Assembly: GCA_902592345.1 (NCBI GenBank)
Contig: CACJEE010000004.1
Location: 1,957-65,956 of the forward strand
Source of the DNA: an uncultured Alphaproteobacteria bacterium
Lineage (GTDB): Bacteria > Pseudomonadota > Alphaproteobacteria > HIMB59 > GCA-002718135
DNA length: 64,000 nt
Reading direction: 5' to 3'
Under the pieces are notes generated by a model. It was given only the letters and a program-made list of their open reading frames with translations. It was not told the DNA's origin and made no database searches. The translations under genes were made by a program, and so were the position numbers. This document shows, in pieces, positions 41,640 to 51,106 of this stretch (position 1 is its first letter; every line of letters starts with the position of its first letter).

Positions 41640-42476
41640 ATGAATATTGTAACTGATGTAGTTTTACCTATTGCCTTGGCATTTATAATGTTTTCACTAG
41701 GACTTGGATTATCAATTTCTGATTTTACAAGAATATTTTTAAAACCAAAAGAATTCATTGTAGGGTTTATATCCCAGTTAATCCTTTTACCAATTGTAGC
41801 TTTAATACTTGTATATATTTGGCCATTATCTCCAGAGATAGCAATAGGTGTAATGATACTTGCTGCTGCACCAGGAGGAGCTACTTCAAATATTTTAACT
41901 TCTTTTGCTAAAGGTGACGTAGCGTTATCAATATCTTTAACAGCGGTTATAAGTATATTGAGTGTAATTACAATTCCATTAATCTTAGGTATTTCATTAT
42001 CTATTTTAGGTACTAATTTATTAAGTGAAGGAATTTCGCTTATTGATATCGCATTAAAAATGTTTTTAATAGTAACTATTCCAGTTTTAATAGGTATGTT
42101 ATTAAAAAACGTTTTTAGTTCCTTTGAAAATTTAGCAAAAAAAATATCAACTGTTTTGTTTTTCTTAGTATTATTAGGTGCTGTTTTAGCAGAAAGAGAA
42201 AATGTAGTTGCTTATTTTGCTGAAGCTGGATTAATCACACTCGTTTTAAATATAGTTATGATGCTTTTGGCTTATTATTTAAGTAAATCTTTTATTTCTG
42301 ATGTATCTCAACAAAAAGCTATCACACTTGAATGCGGCCTTCAAAATGGAACACTAGCAATTGTAGTTGCGAATGTTTTTTTTGATGGAGGTGCATATTT
42401 AATCCCTGCAGCAACCTACAGTTTAATTATGTATGCAACTTCACTTCCTTATATTTATTATTTAAGAAGAAATTAA
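41640..42476 (+). CDS. Bile acid:sodium symporter (BASS) family transporter
   Basis: MFSLGLGL, PGGATSN, GDVALS, ECGLQN. Confidence 0.9.
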   Translation: MNIVTDVVLPIALAFIMFSLGLGLSISDFTRIFLKPKEFIVGFISQLILLPIVALILVYIWPLSPEIAIGVMILAAAPGGATSNILTSFAKGDVALSISLTAVISILSVITIPLILGISLSILGTNLLSEGISLIDIALKMFLIVTIPVLIGMLLKNVFSSFENLAKKISTVLFFLVLLGAVLAERENVVAYFAEAGLITLVLNIVMMLLAYYLSKSFISDVSQQKAITLECGLQNGTLAIVVANVFFDGGAYLIPAATYSLIMYATSLPYIYYLRRN

Positions 42477-43256
42477 TACTGGAAAAGTTTGAGAGTCTAA
42501 AGGATCTCCATTTTTTAATTTTATATATGGAAAAGGGGGAGACATTTCACCTTTTCGCTTTATATAAGTAGCATCATCTCCAGTAAATCTAACAGAAAAA
42601 GCTCTACGTCTATTTTTTGAATTATTTTCTGGAGCACCGTGCACTGTAGAGAAATTAAAAACAACAGCGTCTCCAGGACTGACTTTCCAGCTTTTAATTT
42701 TATATTTTTTTCTATCTTTTTCTATATTTGGTATGTGCTCAAATTCTCCATCTTTTTGCTCATAACTATGTCCAAAGAATTTAGTAGGTAGAAATTTTTT
42801 GTTCCATTTATTAGAACCAATCACAAATTCAGGAGAAGATGATTTATTAACTTCATCTAATGGTATCCAAAAACTACAGTTATCTTTTCCATTTACGCAA
42901 TAATATGATTGATCTTGATGCCATGGGGTTCTTTTTTTTGAGCCAATTTCTTTAACTAGAACATGTTCATGAAATAAATTGACCTTTACAGATTGCATCA
43001 GTTCTTTGGCAACCTTAGGGATGTTCGATTCAAATATAAATTCTTTGTATTCTTTAATTCTATTCCAATTACAATAATCATCATAAAAAATTTCTTTTTG
43101 ATTATTTTTTTCATAAACACATTTATATTTACTTGGATTTTCAAAATTTTTTTTTACACCATTTTTAAGAATGTTTATCCATTTTTTACTAATAATATCA
43201 CGTAAAACTACAACACCATTTTTTTTGTAGTCTTTAATAATAGAGTTTTTAATCAT
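42462..43256 (-). CDS. Phytanoyl-CoA dioxygenase family Fe(II)/2-oxoglutarate enzyme
   Basis: TPWHQD (HxD), WIPLD, GDAVVF...VHGA, RRAFS. Confidence 0.87.
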   Translation of the reverse strand: MIKNSIIKDYKKNGVVVLRDIISKKWINILKNGVKKNFENPSKYKCVYEKNNQKEIFYDDYCNWNRIKEYKEFIFESNIPKVAKELMQSVKVNLFHEHVLVKEIGSKKRTPWHQDQSYYCVNGKDNCSFWIPLDEVNKSSSPEFVIGSNKWNKKFLPTKFFGHSYEQKDGEFEHIPNIEKDRKKYKIKSWKVSPGDAVVFNFSTVHGAPENNSKNRRRAFSVRFTGDDATYIKRKGEMSPPFPYIKLKNGDPLDSQTFPVLISS

Positions 43257-43268
43257 AATCTGAAATGA

Positions 43269-44030
43269 CTAATTTTTAATTTTATATCCTTTTGCAAAAG
43301 TATAACTTATTATTAATACGCATGAAAATAAAAAAAATAAAATTGTTATTAAACTTGTTATTATACTTACATCAGCAATTTCATAAAAGCTCCATCTAAA
43401 GCCGCTAACAAGATACAACACTGGATTAAGAAGTGAGATTTTTTGCCAAAACTCAGGTAACATATTAATGCTATAAAAACTTCCACCGAGGAATACTAAT
43501 GGAGTAATAATTAAAATAGGAATAAGTTGTAGTTTCTCAAAATTATCTGCCCAAATACCTATAAGAAAACCAAATAATGCAAATGTTACAGATGTAAGAA
43601 TTAAAAAGAACATCATGATAAAAGGATGTTCAATATGAAGATCAACAAAAAGACCTGCTGTGCATATTATAATAGTCCCAATAATCAATGATTTAGTTGC
43701 CGCTGCTCCAACAAAGCCTAAGATAATTTCTATGCTTGAGAGAGGCGCAGCTAATAACTCATAAACAGTATTTGTAAATTTTGGAAAAAAAATTCCAAAT
43801 GATGCATTAGATATAGATTGAGTAAGAATAGTTAACATTATCATACCAGGAACAATAAATGATCCATAACTTATTCCTTCAATTTCTGTAATTCTAGATC
43901 CTATTGCAGATCCAAAAACAACAAAATATAATGAAGTAGAAATAAACGGAGATATAAGACTTTGAAATAATGTCCTTCTCATTCTATCCATTTCATGTAG
44001 GTATATTGATTTAACCCCGATCCAATTCAT
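43269..44030 (-). CDS. ABC-2 type transporter permease (YadH-like)
   Basis: LYFVVFG, FIVPG, FLGGSFYS, NPVLY..SGFR. Confidence 0.88.
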   Translation of the reverse strand: MNWIGVKSIYLHEMDRMRRTLFQSLISPFISTSLYFVVFGSAIGSRITEIEGISYGSFIVPGMIMLTILTQSISNASFGIFFPKFTNTVYELLAAPLSSIEIILGFVGAAATKSLIIGTIIICTAGLFVDLHIEHPFIMMFFLILTSVTFALFGFLIGIWADNFEKLQLIPILIITPLVFLGGSFYSINMLPEFWQKISLLNPVLYLVSGFRWSFYEIADVSIITSLITILFFLFSCVLIISYTFAKGYKIKN

Positions 44031-44955
44031 TTTCAGACTCCTTTACTAAATTTAAAAAAATTGATTCAAGTGAACTTTGTTCTGTACTAATATCTTTTAG
44101 TTGTATCCCTAAATTCTTAATCTCTGATAGTAACGATGTTATGCCTGTATTTTTACCCTTAGTATCATATATATAAGTTAATGAATTCTTCTCTTGATTT
44201 AATTCTAAATTAAAATTTTTAAGATCTGTTGGTATTTCTTTTATCGAATTAACTAATTCAATTTTTAAAATTTTTTGACCTAATTTTTTAATCAAATTCT
44301 CTTTTTCATCTACAAGAATTATTTTACCATTGTTTATAATTCCGACTCTATCAGCAATTTCTTCTGCTTCTTCAATGTAATGTGTTGTTAATATAATGGT
44401 AACACCATTCTTTTTTAAACGTTTAACAACTTCCCACATATCTTTTCTTAATTCTACATCCACAGAAGCTGTTGGCTCATCCAAAAAAAGTATTTTTGGT
44501 TCATGAGACAATGCTTTTGCAATTAAAACTCTTCTCTTCATTCCTCCTGATAATTCTCGTAATTTATTATCTTTCTTCTCCCATAATGAGAGTTCTTTTA
44601 ATAATTTTTCGATATACTCATGATTAGATGGTTTGCCATAAAGACCTCTTGAATAATTAACATTATTCCAAACTGTTTCAAAAGCCTCTAAATTTAATTC
44701 TTGAGGAACTATACCAATTAATGATCTTGCCTCACGGTATTGTTTTTTAATATCAAAATTATTAACTGTAATATCACCATTATCAAAATTTAAAATACCA
44801 CAGATTGTATTAATTAATGTTGATTTACCTGCACCATTTGGTCCTAATAAAGCAAATATCTCACCTTCATTAATACTTAAGGTTAAATTATCTAATGCTT
44901 GAAACTTATTTTTATATATTTTTGATACTTTTGATATTTGTAAAATTTCAGACAT
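44011..44955 (-). CDS. ABC transporter ATP-binding protein (YadG-like)
   Basis: GPNGAGKS, LSGGMKRR, DEPT, LTTHY. Confidence 0.9.
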   Translation of the reverse strand: MSEILQISKVSKIYKNKFQALDNLTLSINEGEIFALLGPNGAGKSTLINTICGILNFDNGDITVNNFDIKKQYREARSLIGIVPQELNLEAFETVWNNVNYSRGLYGKPSNHEYIEKLLKELSLWEKKDNKLRELSGGMKRRVLIAKALSHEPKILFLDEPTASVDVELRKDMWEVVKRLKKNGVTIILTTHYIEEAEEIADRVGIINNGKIILVDEKENLIKKLGQKILKIELVNSIKEIPTDLKNFNLELNQEKNSLTYIYDTKGKNTGITSLLSEIKNLGIQLKDISTEQSSLESIFLNLVKESENELDRG

Positions 44956-45077
44956 TTTATAATATAGTTATCAGATTAGGATTATTTTTTTTAAAATTAA
45001 AAAAGAATATTTTTTGAAAACTGTTAATCTTATTTATCATATTTTTTACATAAATGCACAAAATTAAGAAAAATTAT

Positions 45078-45446
45078 CTAATTAAAATTTTGATTATCTT
45101 TTTTTAATAAATGTTTGTTTTTATAAAATAAAAGTAATGCAAAAAATTCATATATCAAATAACCTATATGGTAAATTACAGGTAATTTGGCAAAATTAGA
45201 TAATAATTTATATTTTGGCATCTCTTCCCAAACTATTAGAAAAGCATCTAATCCTTTATATAATTTTTTATTTTTAATAATATGTAATCTTCTTATAAGA
45301 TCTTTTGATGATAGTTTTGTTTCATTTAATGCATCTTTATTATTAATCACATCTACCCAATCAATGCTGTTATTAATTTTTTTATAGTGATTAATTTCAG
45401 CACGACATATGCTACAAGATTCATTAAAATATCCCTTAATAGTCAT
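45078..45446 (-). CDS. DCC1-like thiol-disulfide oxidoreductase (DUF393)
   Basis: FNESCSICRAEI (CxxC), RLH, G.DAF..W. Confidence 0.8.
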   Translation of the reverse strand: MTIKGYFNESCSICRAEINHYKKINNSIDWVDVINNKDALNETKLSSKDLIRRLHIIKNKKLYKGLDAFLIVWEEMPKYKLLSNFAKLPVIYHIGYLIYEFFALLLFYKNKHLLKKDNQNFN

Positions 45447-45460
45447 AATTATTATCTAGT

Positions 45461-46258
45461 TTAATTATATAGAAATTCAATTTTACCTATTTTACCAAAA
45501 TCTGCACTTACTTCGGTCTCAGCAACTAGTTCATGAGCTTTTGTGCATGTTCCAGTTGAAATAAATTGCCCTTTTAATAGTGTTTCTCCTTTTTTTGAAA
45601 TCTTATTTATAAGCCACAAAGCTGAGTTTAGTGGATTGCCCATTACATTTTTTGTATTACCTTCACCAATAATTTTTTTATTATATGATATATTAATAGA
45701 ATGATCTTCAAAATTAATTTTATTTAATTTAAATACTTCCGAATTCCTTATCCAAAATTCTGATGCACCATTAGTGGCTATTAAATTTAAAGCACCAATT
45801 TCTTTTAATGACTTATTAAATCTAAAGTCAACAATCTCTAATGAACAAACAAATCCATCAAATAAATCATCAATATTATTAATTGAGAACGGAGCTTTTG
45901 ATATATCTATATCTTCTTTGACTCTTAATGCAATTTCAGGTTCTATAAATGGTTTGCTAAATTTTTTAGATGATAATTTTGTTGGTTCAATTGAATAAAA
46001 TCTAGAAAATAAGTTTCCATAGAATGGTTCATTAATATCAAGTTGTTTTTGTGCATCTAAACTAGTACATCCTACTTTTTTTCCTATAGAAATATTTTCT
46101 TTAAGATTAAAATATAGTAGTTTTAATTCTTCTTGAATTAAATAAGCTTCATTTTTTGTTTTAGGTGTTATATGTTTTGGTAAATTATTAATATTTGATT
46201 TGTTAAGTCTATGTTCAAATAAAAATTTAGCTGCTTCTTGTATGTGAATATTTAGCAT
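45461..46258 (-). CDS. 2-keto-4-pentenoate hydratase / FAH superfamily protein
   Basis: AY.IQ, GKKVGCTS, IEPEIA, LEIVD.R, GNPL.S..WL, STGT. Confidence 0.85.
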   Translation of the reverse strand: MLNIHIQEAAKFLFEHRLNKSNINNLPKHITPKTKNEAYLIQEELKLLYFNLKENISIGKKVGCTSLDAQKQLDINEPFYGNLFSRFYSIEPTKLSSKKFSKPFIEPEIALRVKEDIDISKAPFSINNIDDLFDGFVCSLEIVDFRFNKSLKEIGALNLIATNGASEFWIRNSEVFKLNKINFEDHSINISYNKKIIGEGNTKNVMGNPLNSALWLINKISKKGETLLKGQFISTGTCTKAHELVAETEVSADFGKIGKIEFLYN

Positions 46259-46968
46259 TAAATTGAGTATTGATTCATTTCATTATAATATTTCAGAGAC
46301 TCCTCATATATTTTCTTATATTTTTTTGGAACATTAATTTTTTCTTTTCTGTACTTCGAAAAAGTATTCGATAATTCAACATTTTTATACCAAACTTTTG
46401 ACCATATTCCATCAGAAGATCTTTTGCCCTTAGGCCAAGATAGCATTTTTTTTGAAAATCTTATTTTTAATTCTCTACACAATTTTTTTATTGTTTTATT
46501 TGGATTTATCAAAATATTATCAGCATTAATAACAATAAAATTTAAATTATTTTTTTTAACTTTATTAAATATTTTAAATTGTTTTTTAAAACCTATGTCA
46601 TCAATATTGCGCAGTGAATTTTTTTTAATATATGAATTTATTACTTTTGCAGGGTGTCTTATAAGAAAACAGTTATATCCTTTTGTTATCCAATCTAAAT
46701 TTGTATTTTTTATAATATGTTGGGTCATGTGCTTTTGATAGAAAATTTTATTATTTCCTGGCTTTGATGTTATTAATTTTATAATTTTGTTTTGTGAGAC
46801 AGAATAATGATTAATAATTTCTTTTTTCATTGGATGATTTAAGCGAGTTTTTTTAAGATAATAAGCATAAAAAGGTTCATCTAGAACATATGTATCCTTC
46901 CTATTTTCAAAAGATCTCATTAAAGCAGTACTAAGATTGCGAGGTCCAGACCACATAAAAATAATCAT
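46258..46968 (-). CDS. Sulfotransferase-like P-loop protein
   Basis: MWSGPRNLSTALMRSF, DEPFY, YQKHM, LIRHP, W...WY; family that pairs or fuses with BCAT-like proteins. Confidence 0.75.
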   Translation of the reverse strand: MIIFMWSGPRNLSTALMRSFENRKDTYVLDEPFYAYYLKKTRLNHPMKKEIINHYSVSQNKIIKLITSKPGNNKIFYQKHMTQHIIKNTNLDWITKGYNCFLIRHPAKVINSYIKKNSLRNIDDIGFKKQFKIFNKVKKNNLNFIVINADNILINPNKTIKKLCRELKIRFSKKMLSWPKGKRSSDGIWSKVWYKNVELSNTFSKYRKEKINVPKKYKKIYEESLKYYNEMNQYSI

Positions 46969-47864
46969 TATCTTTCCATTAATTCTAAATATAAATTTCT
47001 TAATTTAATGGTTATTTGATTATTTCTTATATTAAATTTTGTACTATTGATTTTTTTTACTGGGATTATATTAGCAAATGTACCAGTGACAAAAGCTTCA
47101 TCTGCTTTTAGCACATCTTTAAGTTTAAAATTTCTTTGGTAAACTTTAATTTTATTTTTTTTACATAAGTCTATAACTTTTTGTCTAGTAATACCTTTGA
47201 CGCAATATTTTCCTGTAGAAGTGTAGACACAATTATTTTTAACATAGAAAAAATGAGTACTATTATTTGTTGCAATATTTCCATTTATATCAAACATAAG
47301 AGCTTCATCTGCTTTTTGTTTTTTTGCTTCAATACAAGCTATTATACAATTGAGTTTGCTTAATGAATTTATTCTTGGATCTTGAACATTATGTGGCCCT
47401 CTAATAGTTTTGACTGTTTTCAAAACTAAACCTTTCCTGTAAATATTATCCTGAGGTTGTTTGTACTCAGGTATAACAATTATGGTTGGTTTTGAAATTG
47501 TGAATGCTGGATCTTGATAAGGAGTACTTTTAATTCCTCTAGATACAACAAGCCTTAAGTGCACATCTGTTTTCATTTTATTTATATTAATTGTATCATG
47601 TAATATTTTTGAAATTTGTTTTTTTGATAAATGAATTTTCAAACTAATTTTTTTAGCATCATCATACAATCTATCTAAATGATCTTTTAAGAATAAAAAT
47701 TTATTATTATGAAATCGTATACCCGACCAGATTCCATCACCAAGAATCACACTAGAGTCAAAAACAGATACTTTTGCTTTATCTCTTGAATAAAATTTAT
47801 TGTTAATAAATATTTTTATTTTCTTATTTCTTTTATCTTTAATGTAATCATGACTTGATGGCAT
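46968..47864 (-). CDS. Aminotransferase class IV-like protein with atypical active site
   Basis: SVFDS...GDG, HLDRL, GITR, ADEAFVTGT; PRINSLSKLN in place of PRIKSLNYLN. Confidence 0.8.
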   Translation of the reverse strand: MPSSHDYIKDKRNKKIKIFINNKFYSRDKAKVSVFDSSVILGDGIWSGIRFHNNKFLFLKDHLDRLYDDAKKISLKIHLSKKQISKILHDTININKMKTDVHLRLVVSRGIKSTPYQDPAFTISKPTIIVIPEYKQPQDNIYRKGLVLKTVKTIRGPHNVQDPRINSLSKLNCIIACIEAKKQKADEALMFDINGNIATNNSTHFFYVKNNCVYTSTGKYCVKGITRQKVIDLCKKNKIKVYQRNFKLKDVLKADEAFVTGTFANIIPVKKINSTKFNIRNNQITIKLRNLYLELMER

Positions 47865-47874
47865 AAATGTACTA

Positions 47875-47909
47875 ATAATAAAATAAAGGGTAGAAATCTA
47901 CCCTTTATT
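47875..47909 (-). terminator. Hairpin downstream of metY (putative terminator)
   Basis: AATAAAGGGTAG-AAAT-CTACCCTTTATT (47882-47909), T-rich 3' on minus strand. Confidence 0.7.
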
Positions 47910-47940
47910 CATAAGAACGATATATTACAATACAAGGACT

Positions 47941-49266
47941 CTATGCTACGTTCTTAACTTTATTTTCAAGCTTATTAATAGCTTGATCAATATCATTGAT
48001 AATGTCATCAATATGCTCAATACCAATAGATAACCTTATATAACCTGGTGTTACACCAGCTCTAAGTTGATCTTCCGAACTTAACTGGGAATGTGTTGTT
48101 GAAGCAGGATGAATAGCCAATGTTCTTGCATCACCTATATTTGCTACATGATATATTAATTCAAGGCTATCAATGAATTTTTTACCAGCTTCTACACCAC
48201 CTTCTAATTCAAATCCAACCAATGGACCGAAACCATCTTCCATGTATTTTTCTGCTCTTTTTTTATAAATATCTTTTTTGTATTTAGGATAAATTACACG
48301 ATTTACATTTTTTCTACCCTTAAGATATTCTGCAACTTTTTCAGCATTTTCTTGATGTTTCTTGAAACGTATTGGCAAGGTCTCTAAACCTTGTATAAAA
48401 TTAAATGCGTTAATCGGTGAAAGTGCAGATCCTAAATCGCGTAATAATACAAATCTTGCCCTAACAGCAAAAGTAATATTTGCGCCTAGAACTTCTGGCA
48501 CAACATTACCTAAAACCCAACCCCAATAACTTGGCTCTGGTTGATTGAAATTAGGTTGTCTTTGAGGTTTTTTTGTCCAATCAAAATTACCTCCATCAAC
48601 TATTATTCCACCTATTGAGTTACCATGACCACCAATCCATTTAGTTAAGGAATGAACAACTATAGCAGCTCCATGTTTAATAGGCTTACAAGTAATTGGT
48701 GCAGCTGTATTATCTACTATAAGAGGAATTCCTAATTCTTTACCTAATGAAGCAACTTCTTCAATAGGAAAAACATTTAGTTTTGGATTTGGAAGTGTTT
48801 CTGCAAAAAAAGCTCTTGTTTTTGAATCTGATAATTTAACAAATGTCATTGGATCTTCAGGATTGGCAAATCTAACTTCTATACCTAATTTTTTAAAAGT
48901 ATTTTCAAATTGATTCCAAGTTCCTCCATATAAATCAGTTGAAGAAACTATATTATCTCCAGCTTGACATAAATTTTGAATAGCAAATGCAGAAGCAGCT
49001 TGACCAGAAGAAACAGCAACTGCAGCTAATCCACCTTCTAATTGAGCAATTCTTTCTTCTAGAACTGCTGTTGTAGGGTTCATTATGCGAGTATAAATAT
49101 TACCAAGTTCCTTTAATGAAAATAAGTTACTTGCATGTTCTTGACTATTAAATTGATAACTTGTGGTTTGATAGATAGGTACAGCAACTGAATTTGTAGA
49201 TTCATCTTTTCTATAAGAGCCACCATGAAGAGCTATTGTTTCAGGATGTAAAGATTTAGTAGTCAT
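47941..49266 (-). CDS. metY: O-acetylhomoserine aminocarboxypropyltransferase (sulfhydrylase)
   Basis: PIYQTTSY, GNIYTRIMNPT, HSLTKWIGGHG, LRDLG, ANIGDARTL.IHPASTTH. Confidence 0.92.
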   Translation of the reverse strand: MTTKSLHPETIALHGGSYRKDESTNSVAVPIYQTTSYQFNSQEHASNLFSLKELGNIYTRIMNPTTAVLEERIAQLEGGLAAVAVSSGQAASAFAIQNLCQAGDNIVSSTDLYGGTWNQFENTFKKLGIEVRFANPEDPMTFVKLSDSKTRAFFAETLPNPKLNVFPIEEVASLGKELGIPLIVDNTAAPITCKPIKHGAAIVVHSLTKWIGGHGNSIGGIIVDGGNFDWTKKPQRQPNFNQPEPSYWGWVLGNVVPEVLGANITFAVRARFVLLRDLGSALSPINAFNFIQGLETLPIRFKKHQENAEKVAEYLKGRKNVNRVIYPKYKKDIYKKRAEKYMEDGFGPLVGFELEGGVEAGKKFIDSLELIYHVANIGDARTLAIHPASTTHSQLSSEDQLRAGVTPGYIRLSIGIEHIDDIINDIDQAINKLENKVKNVA

Positions 49267-49278
49267 TTTAGTCCTTTC

Positions 49279-49331
49279 TCTTTAGTACTAATTTTATTAA
49301 ACGGTGCACAATCTGAAAATCAAATACCGTT
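49279..49331 (-). promoter_or_regulatory. SAM-V riboswitch
   Basis: Minus strand AACGGU-AUUUGA...UUGUGC-ACCGUU-UAAU(AAA)AUUA-GUACUAAA then SD AAAGGA; P1, pseudoknot GUGC/GUAC and AUUUGA/CUAAA hallmarks; upstream of metY. Confidence 0.88.
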
Positions 49332-49342
49332 ACATTACTTTT

Positions 49343-49426
49343 AGAATAATTTTTTAAAAAATATATAATAATAGTATATTTTTCTTAAATTTTCTTTTAT
49401 ATACAATAAAAAAAGAATAATATTCT
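49343..49426. promoter_or_regulatory. Phased Lrp/AsnC-type binding sites between metY and the lrp-like gene
   Basis: AGAATAATATTCT (49414-49426), AGTATATTTTTCT (49373-49385), weaker AGAATAATTTTTT (49343-49355); spacing 30 and 41 bp. Confidence 0.55.
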
Positions 49427-49431
49427 AAATT

Positions 49432-49896
49432 ATGGATAATATTGATAAAAAAATACTTGAGGAACTACAAAAAAATTCTTCTCAACCTCTTTCTGAACTT
49501 TCAAAAAAAGTCGGTTTATCTAACACCCCTTGTTGGAATAGAATAAAGAAATTAGAAGAAGAAAAAATCATAAAATCTAAATCTATTATTATAGATAATA
49601 AAAAAATTAATTTGTCTATTACTGTTTTTTTATCCATATCTATACAAAATCATTCACCAGAATGGTTAAAAAATTTTCAAAAAGTAGTAAATAAGTATGA
49701 TCAAATTATTGAAGTACATCGTTTAACAGGGAGTAATAGTGATTATCAAATTACTATTTTATCTCCATCAATAGAAGAATATGATAAATTTCAACAACGA
49801 TTAATTAAAGAAATTGAATGCACTAATATGTCTTCACATATTTCATTACAAACAATTAAGAAAAATTACAAATATCCATTAGATTTTATTTTATAA
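49432..49896 (+). CDS. Lrp/AsnC family transcriptional regulator (DecR-like)
   Basis: MD.IDKKIL..LQ, VGLSNTPCWNRIKKLE, VHRLTG..DY. Confidence 0.9.
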   Translation: MDNIDKKILEELQKNSSQPLSELSKKVGLSNTPCWNRIKKLEEEKIIKSKSIIIDNKKINLSITVFLSISIQNHSPEWLKNFQKVVNKYDQIIEVHRLTGSNSDYQITILSPSIEEYDKFQQRLIKEIECTNMSSHISLQTIKKNYKYPLDFIL

Positions 49897-49936
49897 ATTT
49901 ATTTGTTTAATTTCTTATAAAATATAAGAAGAGTGC

Positions 49937-51106
49937 ATGTTAAATAAAAATTTATTTATTTTATCTGTTGGTCAGATATTTTCTTTTACATCACCTGTTG
50001 TTAGCGTTTTGTTAAGTGGAATTATAGGATCTGCCATGACAGATATTAATTATTTAGCAACTCTTCCAACTGCGTTAATGATAGTAGGTACTGCATTTGG
50101 CTCATTAATTGCTTCTAAAATAATGAAAATGAAGGGTAGGAAATTTGGTTTTTCTCTAGCTTCCATAATAAATAGTTTATTTTCTTTATTCTGTGCTTAT
50201 GCAATTTTAATTAATAGCTTTGAATTATTTTGTTTAGGAAATTTAATTATTGGTCTTTCTGTTGCTTTTGCTCAGCAATATCGTTTTGCAGCTAGTGAAT
50301 CTGTAGAAAAATCAAATATACCTAAGGCTATATCTTTAATACTTCTGTTAGGCATAGTAGCTTCATTACTAGGTGCTAACATTGTCTCAGTCACCAAAGA
50401 TTTTCATCAGACAACATATGTAGGTTCTTATATCTCAATGTCTCTTCTAACTATTATCCCATTTTTCTTTTTTATATTTTATAAAAATGAAGAAAAGATT
50501 GAATCAAAAATAATAAAATCACAAAAATCAATATTTGAATTATTATCGAATAAAAATATACAATTATCAATTTTAAGTGCTGGAATAGGGTATACTACAA
50601 TGAGTACTTTAATGACGGCTACACCTATTTCAATGAATATGATGCATGGTTTTAGTCTTTTTTCTACAGGAATAGTTCTTCAAATACATGTCGTAGGAAT
50701 GTTCTTACCATCCTTAATAACTGGAGACTTAATAAAAATTTTTGGACATAAAAAAATGATTTATTCTGGTATAATTATATTATTAATCACTATTATAATT
50801 CATTTTAATTTTGAAACCTATTATGGCTACATGATAGGTTTATTATTGCTTGGTATAGGTTGGAATTTTTTATTTGTATCAGGAACAAGTCTTTTAGTTG
50901 TATCTTATAATAAAGAGGACAAATTTTTAGCTCAAGGAATTAATGATTTCGTTGTTTTTTCATCACAAGCTTTAGGTTCTTTATCTGCTGGTATAATATT
51001 ATTTTCTACAAGTTGGCAGACTCTTAATTTAATATGTTTACCGTTGTTAATTATTCTTTTATTATTTTCTTTATTTAATAAAAACAAATTAAAAAATGAG
51101 CAATAA
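49937..51106 (+). CDS. MFS transporter
   Basis: About 12 TM; GRK.GF, QYRFAA.E, H..GMF.PS..TG, GWNF. Confidence 0.87.
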   Translation: MLNKNLFILSVGQIFSFTSPVVSVLLSGIIGSAMTDINYLATLPTALMIVGTAFGSLIASKIMKMKGRKFGFSLASIINSLFSLFCAYAILINSFELFCLGNLIIGLSVAFAQQYRFAASESVEKSNIPKAISLILLLGIVASLLGANIVSVTKDFHQTTYVGSYISMSLLTIIPFFFFIFYKNEEKIESKIIKSQKSIFELLSNKNIQLSILSAGIGYTTMSTLMTATPISMNMMHGFSLFSTGIVLQIHVVGMFLPSLITGDLIKIFGHKKMIYSGIIILLITIIIHFNFETYYGYMIGLLLLGIGWNFLFVSGTSLLVVSYNKEDKFLAQGINDFVVFSSQALGSLSAGIILFSTSWQTLNLICLPLLIILLLFSLFNKNKLKNEQ

